Made by a program: the position numbers and the translations under genes. A DNA stretch of 64,000 bases from Candidatus Omnitrophota bacterium. GTDB taxonomy: Bacteria; Omnitrophota; Gorgyraeia; Gygaellales; Profunditerraquicolaceae. Under the pieces are notes generated by a model. The model was not told the DNA's origin and made no database searches. It worked only from the letters and a program-made list of their open reading frames with translations. Each line of letters starts with the position of its first letter. Within the stretch, counting starts at the first letter, position 1. Positions 8,368-18,875 of this stretch are shown in pieces. Location of the stretch: assembly GCA_041651115.1 (NCBI GenBank), contig JBAZJY010000001.1:197165-261164 (forward strand). Reading direction: 5' to 3'.

Positions 8368-9531
8368 ATGGAATTTAAGATCGCGCAGCGTCTGACGAAA
8401 TTACCGCCTTATCTCTTCCTTGAGATCGATAAATCAAAAAGAGCTGCCAGGGCCGAAGGCCGGGATATCATTGACCTTGGGATAGGCGACCCTGACCTGC
8501 CAACCCCGGCAAATATCATTGAAAAGCTCTATCGGGCAGCGCTTGATCCGGCCACCCATAAATACGCCCTTGACCAGGGCATGCCGGCATTGCGCCAGGC
8601 AATATCAACTTGGTATAAAGGCCGTTTCGGCGTAGGCCTTAATCCGGAAAATGAGGTTTTACCTCTCATCGGTTCAAAAGAAGGGATCGCGCATTTTCCC
8701 CTGGCGTTCATAAACCCGGGAGATTATTCGCTGGTGCCGGATCCGTGTTATCCTCCTTATAAAGGCGGCACGATCTTTGCCGGAGGCAAGCCGTATCTTA
8801 TGCCGCTTTTGGAAACAAACGCGTTTTTACCCGACCTTAAAAAGATCCCGCTTAGCATCCGCAAAAAAGCAAAATTGATCTACATTAACTATCCGAATAA
8901 TCCTACCGGTAGCACAGCGGAAAAAAGTTTTTACCGCGAGGTAGTCGCGTTCGCCCGTAAAAATAGATTGATCGTCATCTCCGATCTTGCTTATTCGGAG
9001 ATGAGCTATGATGGATACCGGCCGTCAAGTTTTTTGGAAACCGAAGGCGCGATGGACGTCGGGATAGAATTTCATTCGTTGTCCAAGACATATAATATGA
9101 CCGGCTGGCGTATTGGCTGGGCCTGCGGCAACGCAAAACTGGTCTCCGCGCTGGCAAAAGTAAAATCTAACATAGACTCCGGCATATTTTCCGCGATCCA
9201 GCTGGCAGGCGTTGAAGCGCTTACCGGGCCGCAGGAGCATATCAGGAATATGTGCCGCATTTATCAGGAAAGGCGCGACGCGCTGGTCAGCGGGCTCAAT
9301 TCACTCGGTTGGAATGTCTTGCCGCCGAAGGCAACGTTCTATGCATGGATAAAAGTACCCCGCAAGGCCGATTCAATAAAATTCAGCCGCCTGCTTTTGG
9401 ATAAGGCGGATATAATTGCCACGCCGGGAGTGGGGTTTGGCGAAAGCGGAGAAGGCTATATACGCATGGCTTTGACCGTATCCCGCGAAAGAATAAACGA
9501 AGCGATCAATAGGCTAAAAAAAATATCCTGA
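8368..9531 (+). CDS. dapL: LL-diaminopimelate aminotransferase (DapL-type aminotransferase class I)
   Basis: The gene starts MEFKIAQRLTKLPPYLFLEIDK, and YLF-EI is a DapL hallmark. SKTYNMTGWRIGW carries the PLP-lysine region. An AAGGAGG Shine-Dalgarno sequence lies upstream. Confidence 0.75.
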   Translation: MEFKIAQRLTKLPPYLFLEIDKSKRAARAEGRDIIDLGIGDPDLPTPANIIEKLYRAALDPATHKYALDQGMPALRQAISTWYKGRFGVGLNPENEVLPLIGSKEGIAHFPLAFINPGDYSLVPDPCYPPYKGGTIFAGGKPYLMPLLETNAFLPDLKKIPLSIRKKAKLIYINYPNNPTGSTAEKSFYREVVAFARKNRLIVISDLAYSEMSYDGYRPSSFLETEGAMDVGIEFHSLSKTYNMTGWRIGWACGNAKLVSALAKVKSNIDSGIFSAIQLAGVEALTGPQEHIRNMCRIYQERRDALVSGLNSLGWNVLPPKATFYAWIKVPRKADSIKFSRLLLDKADIIATPGVGFGESGEGYIRMALTVSRERINEAINRLKKIS

Positions 9532-9932
9532 TGGAAATCTGTTACTTAGGCCTGGGTTCCAACCTTGGCAAGAGGCGTCAAAACATAATGACGGCGATAA
9601 AAAAGATCAGGTCATTGAAGAGTACGAAGATCATCAAAGTTTCCCGCTTTTTTGAAACCGAAGCTATCGGCGGCCCTGTTGGCCAGGGTAAATTCCTGAA
9701 CGCCGCGGCTAAGGTTACAACCGCTTTGCCCCCCTTAAAATTCCTTAAAGAGCTGAAAAAAATAGAGTCCGGGCTTGGGCGCACCAGGACTGTGCGTAAC
9801 GGCCCGCGGCCAATAGACTTGGATATTTTGTTCTATGGCAGGCGCGTGATAAATACTAAACTGCTTACGGTCCCGCACCCAAGAATGTTTTCCCGGGATT
9901 TTGTTTTGAAGCCATTATCGGAAATATTATGA
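9531..9932 (+). CDS. folK: 2-amino-4-hydroxy-6-hydroxymethyldihydropteridine pyrophosphokinase (HPPK)
   Basis: 133 aa. The LGLGSNLG motif and a C-terminal HPRMFSRDFVL are present. The ATG overlaps the dapL TGA. Confidence 0.82.
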   Translation: MEICYLGLGSNLGKRRQNIMTAIKKIRSLKSTKIIKVSRFFETEAIGGPVGQGKFLNAAAKVTTALPPLKFLKELKKIESGLGRTRTVRNGPRPIDLDILFYGRRVINTKLLTVPHPRMFSRDFVLKPLSEIL

Positions 9933-10780
9933 AAATCATCCGTGATCCACGCCAGATGCAGCAAACGTTAAGGGCTGCGCGTTCAGCTAAAAAAACCGTA
10001 GGCTTTGTTCCGACAATGGGCGCCTTGCATAAAGGCCACTTAAGCCTTATCCGGCGCTGCGCGAAAGATAATGACATCAGCGTGGTGAGCATCTTTATAA
10101 ATCCCAGCCAATTCGGCCCGAAGGAAGACCTTAAGAAATATCCCCGGCCGATAAAAAATGATATCGCGCTTTGCAGGAAAGAAGGCGTTGATTTTATTTT
10201 TTATCCTTCTGCCCGGGCAATGTATCCGGAGGGTTTTAAGACCCATGTTTGCGTGGAGGAATTAAGCTCTTTATTGTGCGGTGATTCCCGTCCGGGGCAT
10301 TTTCGCGGGGTTACTACGGTGGTTGCCAAATTATTCAACATTATTAACCCTGACCAGGTGTATTTCGGGCAAAAAGACGCGCAGCAGGCAGCAATCATCA
10401 AGCGTATGGCCGCAGACCTGAATTTTTCCGTTAAGATCACGGTAATGCCCATAGTGCGTGAGGCAAGCGGCCTGGCTTTAAGTTCAAGAAATACTTATTT
10501 AGATGCGCGGCAAAAACAGGATGCCCTGGTTCTATCCGCGTCGTTAAAGCTGGCTAAAAAAATGGCTGATTCCGGGATAAAGGATACGGGTAAGATCCTT
10601 TCGGCAATGCGCAGGTTGATAAAAGGCAAGAGAACCATCCGGATGGATTACGCGACAGCGGTTGATCCGGTGAATTTAAAGCATGTAAAACGTATCACGG
10701 GAGAATGCCTGATCGCACTGGCAGCATGGATCGGGAAAACAAGGTTGATAGATAATATTCTCATATGCCCAAAAAATTAA
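9929..10780 (+). CDS. panC: Pantoate--beta-alanine ligase
   Basis: 283 aa. PTMGALHKGHLSL (HIGH-like motif) and the IINPDQVYFGQKDAQQ region are typical of PanC. Confidence 0.9.
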   Translation: MKIIRDPRQMQQTLRAARSAKKTVGFVPTMGALHKGHLSLIRRCAKDNDISVVSIFINPSQFGPKEDLKKYPRPIKNDIALCRKEGVDFIFYPSARAMYPEGFKTHVCVEELSSLLCGDSRPGHFRGVTTVVAKLFNIINPDQVYFGQKDAQQAAIIKRMAADLNFSVKITVMPIVREASGLALSSRNTYLDARQKQDALVLSASLKLAKKMADSGIKDTGKILSAMRRLIKGKRTIRMDYATAVDPVNLKHVKRITGECLIALAAWIGKTRLIDNILICPKN

Positions 10781-11589
10781 ACATCGGGATTATTGGTTGC
10801 GGGGCTATCGGTACTTCGCTGGCAAAAGCAGTGCGCCGGGATTTTCAGGGGCAAGCCGTACTCACCGGGCTTTGCGACCTGGATGCCGCAAAATCCCGGA
10901 AACTATCGCAAACTGTTTCCGGGGGCGGAAAACTCGCGGTCCCCACACTGGAAAGATTGATCCGCCGTTCGGACTTGGTGATTGAGGCAGCCTCCAGCCT
11001 TTGTTCCTGGGATATCGCGCAAAAGGTTTTATCCCGCGGCAGGCAGGTGATAATCATGAGCGCAGGAGGAGTTGCCAGCCGCTTAAAAGAACTGGATGCC
11101 ATGGCAAGAAAAAATAATTCCCGGGTGTACATACCCAGCGGAGCGATCGCCGGCGTTGACGCTTTAAAAGCGGCCAGTACGGCACGGGTGATGAAAGTTA
11201 CCCTTACTACGCGCAAAGGGCCGCAGTCATTTTCCGGAGTAGAGAGCGTAAGGCGGATGGGGATTGACCTGGGCGCGATAAAAAAAGATACGGTTTTGTT
11301 TTCCGGGCCGGCAGAAAAAGCAGTGAAGCTTTTTCCCCAGAATATCAATGTTGCCGCGGTACTTAGCCTGGCGGGGATCGGGGCGAAAAAAACCATGGTC
11401 AAGGTCGTTGCCTCGCCTGCCGCAAAGAAAAATATCCACGAGATTGAGATCATTTCGCAGGCAGGCAGGATCGTTACGCGCACGGAAAATATCCCGCATC
11501 CGGCTAATCCCAAGACAAGTTTTCTGGCAGTACTTTCGGCGATTGCGCTTTTAAAACAGATTTTGGCGCCTGTAAGGATAGGCACCTAG
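10765..11589 (+). CDS. Aspartate dehydrogenase-like (NadX family) oxidoreductase
   Basis: 274 aa. IGIIGCGAIG is an N-terminal Rossmann motif. PSGAIAGVDALKAA and the NINVAAVLSLAG region resemble NadX. Confidence 0.55.
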   Translation: MPKKLNIGIIGCGAIGTSLAKAVRRDFQGQAVLTGLCDLDAAKSRKLSQTVSGGGKLAVPTLERLIRRSDLVIEAASSLCSWDIAQKVLSRGRQVIIMSAGGVASRLKELDAMARKNNSRVYIPSGAIAGVDALKAASTARVMKVTLTTRKGPQSFSGVESVRRMGIDLGAIKKDTVLFSGPAEKAVKLFPQNINVAAVLSLAGIGAKKTMVKVVASPAAKKNIHEIEIISQAGRIVTRTENIPHPANPKTSFLAVLSAIALLKQILAPVRIGT

Positions 11590-11627
11590 TTTAACAATTA
11601 TCAAACGAGAGGAGGTGAATTCAAACC

Positions 11628-11873
11628 ATGGCAGAAAAAGTGATGAAAGTCGGAATAAAGAGAGTGAAGGGATGCCTCTATTATCTTGACAAAAAGGGCG
11701 ACGTTTCCTGCGCTAAGATGGCAAGGGGCGGGAAAAAAGGCGGTAGCCCGAAGAAAGTCGCGAAATGCGGGATCAAGAGAAAAGAGGGATACCTTTATTT
11801 CATCGACAAACAGGGTGATGTTTCCTGCGCAAAGATGAAAAGAGGCGGTAAAAAAGCAAAGAAAAAAAGATAA
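11628..11873 (+). CDS. Small, very basic protein built from two tandem ~36-aa repeats (hypothetical)
   Basis: The repeat has the form K-x-G-I-K-R-x-x-G-x-L-Y-[YF]-[LI]-D-K-x-G-D-V-S-C-A-K-M-x-R-G-G-K-K and occurs twice. A strong GAGGAGGTG Shine-Dalgarno sequence lies upstream and a rho-independent terminator immediately downstream. Confidence 0.55.
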   Translation: MAEKVMKVGIKRVKGCLYYLDKKGDVSCAKMARGGKKGGSPKKVAKCGIKRKEGYLYFIDKQGDVSCAKMKRGGKKAKKKR

Positions 11874-11887
11874 GAGTTAACAAAGAG

Positions 11888-11930
11888 AAAGCCCCTGTAA
11901 TCTTTCAACGTTTTACAGGGGCTTTCTTTT
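11888..11930 (+). terminator. Rho-independent terminator
   Basis: The structure is AAAGCCCCTGTAA-(12 nt loop)-TTACAGGGGCTTT followed by CTTTTC. Confidence 0.7.
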
Positions 11931-11950
11931 CAAAAAACAGGCGCTTAACG

Positions 11951-13501
11951 ATGAGAAATCATTTTATATTCTGGCTTTGCGTTGCCTGTCTGTTGGTTTT
12001 TGCCGGCGGCATGAATAACGGTTTTGTTTTTGACGATAAGGCCCTGATCGTGCATAACCCGTTCATCAAGTCGCTGAAATTGCTGCCTGAAGTATTTAAC
12101 CGGGGTATCTATGACCACTGGATAACGGCAGCGCCGTTTAACCGGATGTACAGGCCGCTGCAGACGCTTAGTTATTGGCTTGATTACCGGTTGTGGGGGC
12201 TTGACCCATTCGGTTTCCGGCTTACCAATATTCTGCTGCACTTACTGAATACCATCCTTGTTTATTGCCTGTTGTCCGCGATTTTTAAGGCCCACAAGGC
12301 ATTGCCGTTTACGGCGATTTTGTTTCTTGTCCACCCGTTAAACGCCGCGACCGCTGTTTATATTTCTGCGAGGGCAGACCTGTTAAGCTGCCTATTTATG
12401 CTTCTAAGTATGCTTTTCTTCCTGAAATATCTCCGCGAAAAGCCCGTTTTTTATATATTCAGCCTGCTGGCTGGCGCGGCTGCGCTATTATGCCGGGAAA
12501 ATGCCCTGATTATGTTTCTATACATTGCCTTGATCCTGTTCGTGGAAAAAAGGAGGCTGCGGGATTACCGCCTGGTTATTCCATTTATTTTACTGGGCAT
12601 CTTTTATTTTATCATCAGGTTTTTGATCTTCGGGCCAAGCGGGCTATTGTCCCACCCTGAATTATTGACGCTGCCCATGCGGCTGGCCAATTTTTCCAAT
12701 ATCCTGCTGCGTTATTTGCTGCTTCTATTCATGCCGCTTGATCTGCGCATGCTGCGCTCTACCGCGTTCATCACAAACCCTGTTTCATCCGCTGCCTGGT
12801 TGGGATGGTCGGGAATTTTTGTTTTTGTTTTCCTCGCCCTTAAATTCAGGGATAGTAAGACAGCGGTTTTCTCCGCATTCTGGTTTATTATCGGATGCTT
12901 TCCGGTTTTCTTCCTGTTGGACGGTTTCCCCGCATTTAAGGCGGCGATGATGGCGGAAAACTGGGTTTACATTTCTTCTGCCGGTTTTTTTATGATGTTT
13001 TGCGTTATATTGCAGAAGCTTAAAAAAATAAATTCATTGATACTTACCGCGTTCATTATTTTCTATAGCTCGCTAAGCCTTGCCAACAACGTATATTTAC
13101 GTAATAACCTGCTGGTGCATAAGCGGATATTGGAATACGGCCAAGAGCCTAATCCGGTGCGCAAGGATTTAATTGATGATTATTTATCTTACGGCATGTA
13201 TGGCGAAGCTTTCCGGGAGGCAAAAAGATTTTGCGCGTATCAACCTGCTGCGGCTCTTTCCGATGTAGTCTGGGGCAATTTTTATTTTTCCGTCGGCCGG
13301 ATTAACAAGGCGCAGGAATACTATGAGGCCGCGCTTGCCAAAACCGGCGGCAGGAATTTCTTTCTGTATTATCGCTTAAGTTTGTGTTATAAAATAATGG
13401 GTAAGGTCGATGTCGCCTTTGATGCCGCCATGAAAAGTTTTCATGCCAATCCATATTTTGAGCCTAACTTAAAGAATTTAACGGACCTGACAGGTAAATG
13501 A
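11951..13501 (+). CDS. Polytopic membrane protein with C-terminal TPR repeats (PMT_2/GT39-like putative glycosyltransferase)
   Basis: 516 aa. About 10 hydrophobic helices are followed by a soluble C-terminal TPR-like region ([11 protein letters not shown]...[12 protein letters not shown]). Confidence 0.5.
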   Translation: MRNHFIFWLCVACLLVFAGGMNNGFVFDDKALIVHNPFIKSLKLLPEVFNRGIYDHWITAAPFNRMYRPLQTLSYWLDYRLWGLDPFGFRLTNILLHLLNTILVYCLLSAIFKAHKALPFTAILFLVHPLNAATAVYISARADLLSCLFMLLSMLFFLKYLREKPVFYIFSLLAGAAALLCRENALIMFLYIALILFVEKRRLRDYRLVIPFILLGIFYFIIRFLIFGPSGLLSHPELLTLPMRLANFSNILLRYLLLLFMPLDLRMLRSTAFITNPVSSAAWLGWSGIFVFVFLALKFRDSKTAVFSAFWFIIGCFPVFFLLDGFPAFKAAMMAENWVYISSAGFFMMFCVILQKLKKINSLILTAFIIFYSSLSLANNVYLRNNLLVHKRILEYGQEPNPVRKDLIDDYLSYGMYGEAFREAKRFCAYQPAAALSDVVWGNFYFSVGRINKAQEYYEAALAKTGGRNFFLYYRLSLCYKIMGKVDVAFDAAMKSFHANPYFEPNLKNLTDLTGK

Positions 13502-16290
13502 AAAGCGAATCCATAATTATCCGCGGAGCAAAAGAACACAACCTCAAGAACATCAGTCTGGAATTGCCCCGTAACCAGCTGATCGTGATCACCGGGCTAT
13601 CCGGATCGGGAAAATCCAGCCTTGCCTTTGATACGATTTATGCCGAAGGCCAGAGAAGGTTCGTGGAGAGCCTTTCCAGCTATGCCCGCCAGTTCCTTGA
13701 GCAGCTGCAAAAACCCGATGTTGAATATATTGAGGGGTTATCGCCTGCGATTTCCATCGAGCAAAGGACCGCGGGAGGGAATCCCCGTTCCACAGTCGCC
13801 ACGCAGACGGAGATCTACGATTATCTGCGCTTGCTTTTTGCCCGGGTGGGGAAAATCTCCTGTTACCAGTGCGGCCAGCCGGTTGAGCGCCAGAGCAGCC
13901 AGGAAATAGTAGAGAAAATCATGGACTTGCCCCAGGGCGCGGAGATCCAGGTATTGGCCCCGGTTGTCAGCGGTAAAAAGGGCGAATATAAAGATGTTTT
14001 CAGCCGCATACTTAAGGCCGGGTTCATCCGCGTGCGCGTTGACGGGAAAACCTACGAACTGCCGCAAAAAATAAGCCTTGTAAGATATAAGGCCCATAGC
14101 ATTGAAGTGGTGATAGACCGCTTGAGCGTTAAGCCGGAGGTCAAAAAACGCCTTACCGATTCGGTTGAGACCGGATTAAAAACCGGCAAAGGCATGATCA
14201 TTGTATCATCCGGCGGCAAGGACCTTGTTTTTAACGAGAACTATGCCTGCGCAAAATGCGGCATCAGCTACAGCGAAGTTGAGCCGAGGATCTTTTCTTT
14301 TAATTCACCTTACGGCGCCTGCCCGGATTGCAACGGCTTAGGCACAAAATTTGAATTCGATGAGGACCTGGTAATTCCCGACCGGAGTAAATCCATCAAT
14401 GGAGGCGCCATTGAAGTCTGGAAAAGAGGGGGCAAGGGCTATATCCTTTATTACCGTTGGCTGTTAAGGGAACTTGCTTCGGAGCTAAAGTTTGACCTGG
14501 ATACGCCGTTTAAGAAATTAAGCAAGGGTATTCAAAAAGCCGTACTTTATGGCTGCGCGCAGATAGTCGGCAATAAGCCGTTTGAGGGCGTTATCCCGCA
14601 TTTAGAGCGTTTGTTCCGGCAAACCGAAAGCGATTACCTGAAAGAAGAGATTTCGCGTTTTATGTCCAGCCTGCCTTGCCCTGCGTGTAAAGGCAGCCGG
14701 CTGCGCAAAGAAAGCCTTGCGGTTACCATTAACGGAAAAAATATCCGCGATGTCTGTTTAATGCCGATAAAAGATGCGGCGGATTTCTTTAAGGACCTGG
14801 GGCTTGCGGAAAAACAAAAGATGATCGCGGCCCAGGTTCTGAAAGAGATAAACCGCAGGCTGCGTTTTTGCATTGACGTGGGCCTGGAATACCTGACGCT
14901 GGAAAGGCGCAGTTCTACGCTTTCCGGAGGCGAAGCGCAGAGGATCAGGCTGGCCACGCAGGTTGGATCAGGCCTGGTAGGCGTATTGTATATACTGGAT
15001 GAGCCAAGTATCGGGCTGCATCAGCGGGATAATACGAAATTGATCGCTACCTTAAAATCCCTGCGCGACCTCGGCAATACCTTGATCGTGGTGGAGCATG
15101 ATGAAGTTACCATCCGTACGGCTGATTACATCGTTGACCTTGGGCCGGGAGCGGGAAGGCATGGAGGAGAAGTTATTTTTTCCGGGACAAAACAAGAATT
15201 ATTGGAAAGCCGGGATTCGCTTACTGCCAAATACCTTAGAAGAGAGCTGGTGATTGCCGCGCCGCAAAAACGCAGGCCGCAGAATGCCGGGCGTTTCCTT
15301 GAAATAACCGGCTGCCGCGAGCATAATTTAAAAAATATAGACGTAAAATTCCCGCTGGGAAATTTTATCTGCGTTACCGGCGTATCCGGGTCAGGTAAAT
15401 CCACGCTGGTCAGCGATATACTTTATCCGGCGCTGGCGCAAAAGCTGTATAAGTCAAAGGAAAAGCCGGGCAACCATGACAAGATAGCCGGGGTAGAGCA
15501 GATTGATAAAGTGATTGTCGTGGATCAGTCTCCCATCGGCAGGACCCCGCGTTCAAACCCTGCGACCTATAGCGGGGTTTTTAGCATTATCCGGGACATT
15601 TTCAGCAAGCTGCCTGAAGCGCGCATCCGCGGATACAAGCCGGGAAGATTTTCTTTTAATGTCAAAGGCGGCCGCTGCGAAGCCTGTATGGGAGACGGTA
15701 TAAAAAAGATCGAGATGCATTTTCTGCCGGATGTTTATGTTAAATGCGACGTCTGCAAGGGCAGGCGTTTTAATGAAGCGACATTGGAAGTAAAATATAA
15801 GGGCAGGTCGATTGCCGATGTGCTGGAAATGACTGTTGAGGAAGCTTTAAACCTGTTTTCCGGGATACCCGCGATCAAGAGCACGCTGGCTACGCTTTAT
15901 GACGTTGGCTTGGGTTATATTGAGCTGGGCCAGTCGGCAACCACATTATCCGGAGGCGAGGCGCAGCGGGTAAAGCTTTCCTCGGAATTAAGCAAGCGCG
16001 CAACCGGCAAGACTCTGTATATACTGGATGAACCTACCACGGGGCTGCATTTCGCCGACGTTGATAAACTCTTGTCCGTGCTGCAGCGGCTGGTTGATAA
16101 AGGCAATACGGTCATTGTGATCGAGCATAACCTTGAAGTGGTAAAATGCTGCGACTACATTATTGACTTGGGGCCGGAAGGCGGAGACGCCGGAGGCAGG
16201 CTTGTTTTTTCCGGGCATCCGGAAAAATTGGCAGGTTTCACCGCTTCTTACACGGGCCAGTTTTTGCGAAAGGTGTTGAATGCGCTTTAA
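13498..16290 (+). CDS. uvrA: Excinuclease ABC subunit A
   Basis: 930 aa. There are two ABC ATPase modules ([12 protein letters not shown] and [11 protein letters not shown]), two LSGGEAQR signature motifs, and CxxC zinc-finger pairs. Confidence 0.95.
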   Translation: MKSESIIIRGAKEHNLKNISLELPRNQLIVITGLSGSGKSSLAFDTIYAEGQRRFVESLSSYARQFLEQLQKPDVEYIEGLSPAISIEQRTAGGNPRSTVATQTEIYDYLRLLFARVGKISCYQCGQPVERQSSQEIVEKIMDLPQGAEIQVLAPVVSGKKGEYKDVFSRILKAGFIRVRVDGKTYELPQKISLVRYKAHSIEVVIDRLSVKPEVKKRLTDSVETGLKTGKGMIIVSSGGKDLVFNENYACAKCGISYSEVEPRIFSFNSPYGACPDCNGLGTKFEFDEDLVIPDRSKSINGGAIEVWKRGGKGYILYYRWLLRELASELKFDLDTPFKKLSKGIQKAVLYGCAQIVGNKPFEGVIPHLERLFRQTESDYLKEEISRFMSSLPCPACKGSRLRKESLAVTINGKNIRDVCLMPIKDAADFFKDLGLAEKQKMIAAQVLKEINRRLRFCIDVGLEYLTLERRSSTLSGGEAQRIRLATQVGSGLVGVLYILDEPSIGLHQRDNTKLIATLKSLRDLGNTLIVVEHDEVTIRTADYIVDLGPGAGRHGGEVIFSGTKQELLESRDSLTAKYLRRELVIAAPQKRRPQNAGRFLEITGCREHNLKNIDVKFPLGNFICVTGVSGSGKSTLVSDILYPALAQKLYKSKEKPGNHDKIAGVEQIDKVIVVDQSPIGRTPRSNPATYSGVFSIIRDIFSKLPEARIRGYKPGRFSFNVKGGRCEACMGDGIKKIEMHFLPDVYVKCDVCKGRRFNEATLEVKYKGRSIADVLEMTVEEALNLFSGIPAIKSTLATLYDVGLGYIELGQSATTLSGGEAQRVKLSSELSKRATGKTLYILDEPTTGLHFADVDKLLSVLQRLVDKGNTVIVIEHNLEVVKCCDYIIDLGPEGGDAGGRLVFSGHPEKLAGFTASYTGQFLRKVLNAL

Positions 16291-16317
16291 AGAAGTGATA
16301 TAGTTCTAAATACAACC

Positions 16318-18873
16318 ATGACTGCCAAATCACAAATTCCAAATCACAAATTCCAAATAAATTCCCATCGCCAAATTCCAAAATGCAAAAAAATTTGGCC
16401 ATTGGGATTTTGTTTATTGGCTATTATTTGTAATTTGGTGCTTGGTGCTTGGAATTTCTCTTTTGCAGATGAGCCTGATCCTAAAGAGGAAGAAGCGCTT
16501 TTTGTCGCGAAAAAGGCCTTTGAAGACGGTTTTTATGAAGTCAGCCTCGGCCTGCTTGAGCGGTTCCTTAAGAATTATCCTGATTCCGTAAAGCTGGCAG
16601 AGGTAGACCTTCTTACCGGCCAATGCTTTTTCCGCCAGAATAAATTCCTCGACGCCTTGAATAAATTTGAAGGCCTGCTGAATAAGCCGGCGGCAAAAGG
16701 CATCCAGGATGCGGTAAATTACTGGATCGCCGAAGTCCACTTTAAGGGCGGGAATTTTTCTAAAGCGCGGGAATACTACCAGAAGGTCATTGACGGATTC
16801 CCGGAATCCGAATACCGCGCTGCCGCTTATTATTCCCTCGGCTGGTGCTATGCGCAGGAACGCGATTTTAATAAAGCCCTGGAATACTTCAGCCTGGTAG
16901 AAGAGAAATTTCCTAAAGAACCCTACAGCCAGGAAGCGGTTTTTAAAATAATTGAATGCCTGTATAACCTTAAAGAGTACCCCCGCCTTAAAGAAAAAAT
17001 AAAGAATTACCTTAAGTCCTATGCCAAAGATAGCGTGAAAACCGCATATTTCGGCTTTTACGCAGCGGAAGCGGACTATTACCTGAATAACCTTGAAGAC
17101 GCGGCGCGGGGTTATACGGCAGTTGCCTCCGCTACGCAGGATGAAAAGATAAGGACGCTTTGCCGGCTGGGCGCGGGATGGGCTTACCTTAAATTAAAGC
17201 AATATAAAGAAGCTGATGCGAATTTTCAAATGGTAAAAGTGGAAAATATGGATAGAGTCAATTCCGACGCGCTGCTTTTGGGCAAGGCAGCGCTGGCCTC
17301 CGAAACTAAATCTTTCAGCGAAGCGGAGAAATTATACAGAGAGGTAGTTAATACCGCTGTTGACCCGGCAGTGATCGCGCAAGGCTATAGCGGCGCAGCA
17401 GACGCCCTTTATAATATGGCGCAGTATTCTGAAGCGGTAAAGGTATATAAAGAAGGCATAGAAAAAGTGCCTGCCGCCGCAGCGCAGGACATACTGGATA
17501 AGTTGCATTACGGCCTGGCCTGGGCGTTCTTAAAAGAGGGGGAATTTAAGGACGCGATAGAAGAATTCCGCAAGATCGCCAAACTTAGCGAGGATAAGAT
17601 CGTCAAGGTTTCGGCGCTTTGCCAGATCGGCGACGCTTATCAGGATTCCGGGGAATTCAATAAAGCGATCGAGACCTACGGTTCCATATTAAAAAATTAT
17701 CCGGATAATTTTTACGCCGATTACGTGCAATACCAGATGGGCTTAAGCCTGCTGAAGCTTTCCAATTATGACGCCGCGATCGCGGCGTTTAAGGCTCTAA
17801 CGACAAGTTTTCCCGCGTCCAAGCTTTTAGACGACGCTTCTTACGCTTTAGGGCTGGCTTATTTTCAGCGGGAAGACTACGGGGCGGCAAAGGATACGTT
17901 TGAAAAATTCCTTTTAGAGTTTAAGGACAGCGCTTTAAGGCCCCAGGCGATGTACCTTTTAGGCACGAGCCTGTATAACCTGGAAAAATTTGAGGAGGCA
18001 ATAACGGCCTTTAAGAATACCGCCAAGGCATTCAGCCAGGATACCGATCTTGTTCAGAAATGCGAATATGAAATAGCGGACTGCTTTTACCGCATGGGCA
18101 ATGAAAAGGAGGCGATGGAAAGGTTTAAGTCGCTGCGTTCCCGCTACCCGGATTCCCAGCTTACGCCCGAAGTAATGTGGTGGCTGGGCGAATATTATTA
18201 TCGCAATGACGACCTGGAGTTGGCGCGCAGGTATTTTTCTTCGCTGGTGCGGGATTTTTCAAAGAGCGAGCTTGTGCCTGACGCGTATTACGCCCTCGGC
18301 ATCAGTTTTGCCGAAGAATCCAAGTATGAGGAAGCGATTGATAATTTTAAAAAGGTGGTAGAGATGGGGAGGTCAGACCTTGCCGGCACTGCGGCGATCG
18401 CAGTCGCGGATATTTACCTAAGGCAGGAAAAACTTGAACTGGCTTTGAATAATTACCGGCAAGTCCTTGATAATTACCAAAACCTCGCGCATCTGATCTA
18501 TCCAAAACTGGGCGGGATATACTATAAGATGCGCAGTTATGACCAGGCCCTGGATTATTACCGTAAGAGTCTTGACCTTGTGCCGGTTAAAGAAATGTCC
18601 AGTATCCAATTTAATATCGCCGAGATACTTCAGGCGCAGGGTAAACCCGATGAAGCAGTTGAGGCATACCTGAAAGTGCCTTATCTGTATTCCGAAGACA
18701 AAGATTTGACCGTAAAGTCGCTGTTAAGGGTAGCCGCGGCCTATGAAGATAAAGAGGATTTTAGGGAGGCGCTAAACGTTTACAAAAGGGTAGCGGCTAT
18801 GGATGCGGATGAATCAAAATATGCCAGGGAGCGGATAGATTGGATAAGGGCTAACGTTAAAACCGGGAGTTAA
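16318..18873 (+). CDS. Secreted multi-TPR repeat protein (YbgF/CpoB-like repeats)
   Basis: 851 aa. An N-terminal hydrophobic leader (LLAIICNLVLGAWNF) is followed by at least 12 TPR-like units. The start codon is uncertain because the 5' region is repeat-rich. Confidence 0.75.
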   Translation: MTAKSQIPNHKFQINSHRQIPKCKKIWPLGFCLLAIICNLVLGAWNFSFADEPDPKEEEALFVAKKAFEDGFYEVSLGLLERFLKNYPDSVKLAEVDLLTGQCFFRQNKFLDALNKFEGLLNKPAAKGIQDAVNYWIAEVHFKGGNFSKAREYYQKVIDGFPESEYRAAAYYSLGWCYAQERDFNKALEYFSLVEEKFPKEPYSQEAVFKIIECLYNLKEYPRLKEKIKNYLKSYAKDSVKTAYFGFYAAEADYYLNNLEDAARGYTAVASATQDEKIRTLCRLGAGWAYLKLKQYKEADANFQMVKVENMDRVNSDALLLGKAALASETKSFSEAEKLYREVVNTAVDPAVIAQGYSGAADALYNMAQYSEAVKVYKEGIEKVPAAAAQDILDKLHYGLAWAFLKEGEFKDAIEEFRKIAKLSEDKIVKVSALCQIGDAYQDSGEFNKAIETYGSILKNYPDNFYADYVQYQMGLSLLKLSNYDAAIAAFKALTTSFPASKLLDDASYALGLAYFQREDYGAAKDTFEKFLLEFKDSALRPQAMYLLGTSLYNLEKFEEAITAFKNTAKAFSQDTDLVQKCEYEIADCFYRMGNEKEAMERFKSLRSRYPDSQLTPEVMWWLGEYYYRNDDLELARRYFSSLVRDFSKSELVPDAYYALGISFAEESKYEEAIDNFKKVVEMGRSDLAGTAAIAVADIYLRQEKLELALNNYRQVLDNYQNLAHLIYPKLGGIYYKMRSYDQALDYYRKSLDLVPVKEMSSIQFNIAEILQAQGKPDEAVEAYLKVPYLYSEDKDLTVKSLLRVAAAYEDKEDFREALNVYKRVAAMDADESKYARERIDWIRANVKTGS

Positions 18874-18875
18874 AG

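Noticed and set aside
10845-11585. 246-aa ORF on the minus strand
   Set aside because: It lies entirely inside the plus-strand NadX-like gene. The plus-strand product has recognisable Rossmann and NadX motifs and fits the operon. The minus ORF has no recognisable features and reflects an open antisense frame in a GC-richer stretch.
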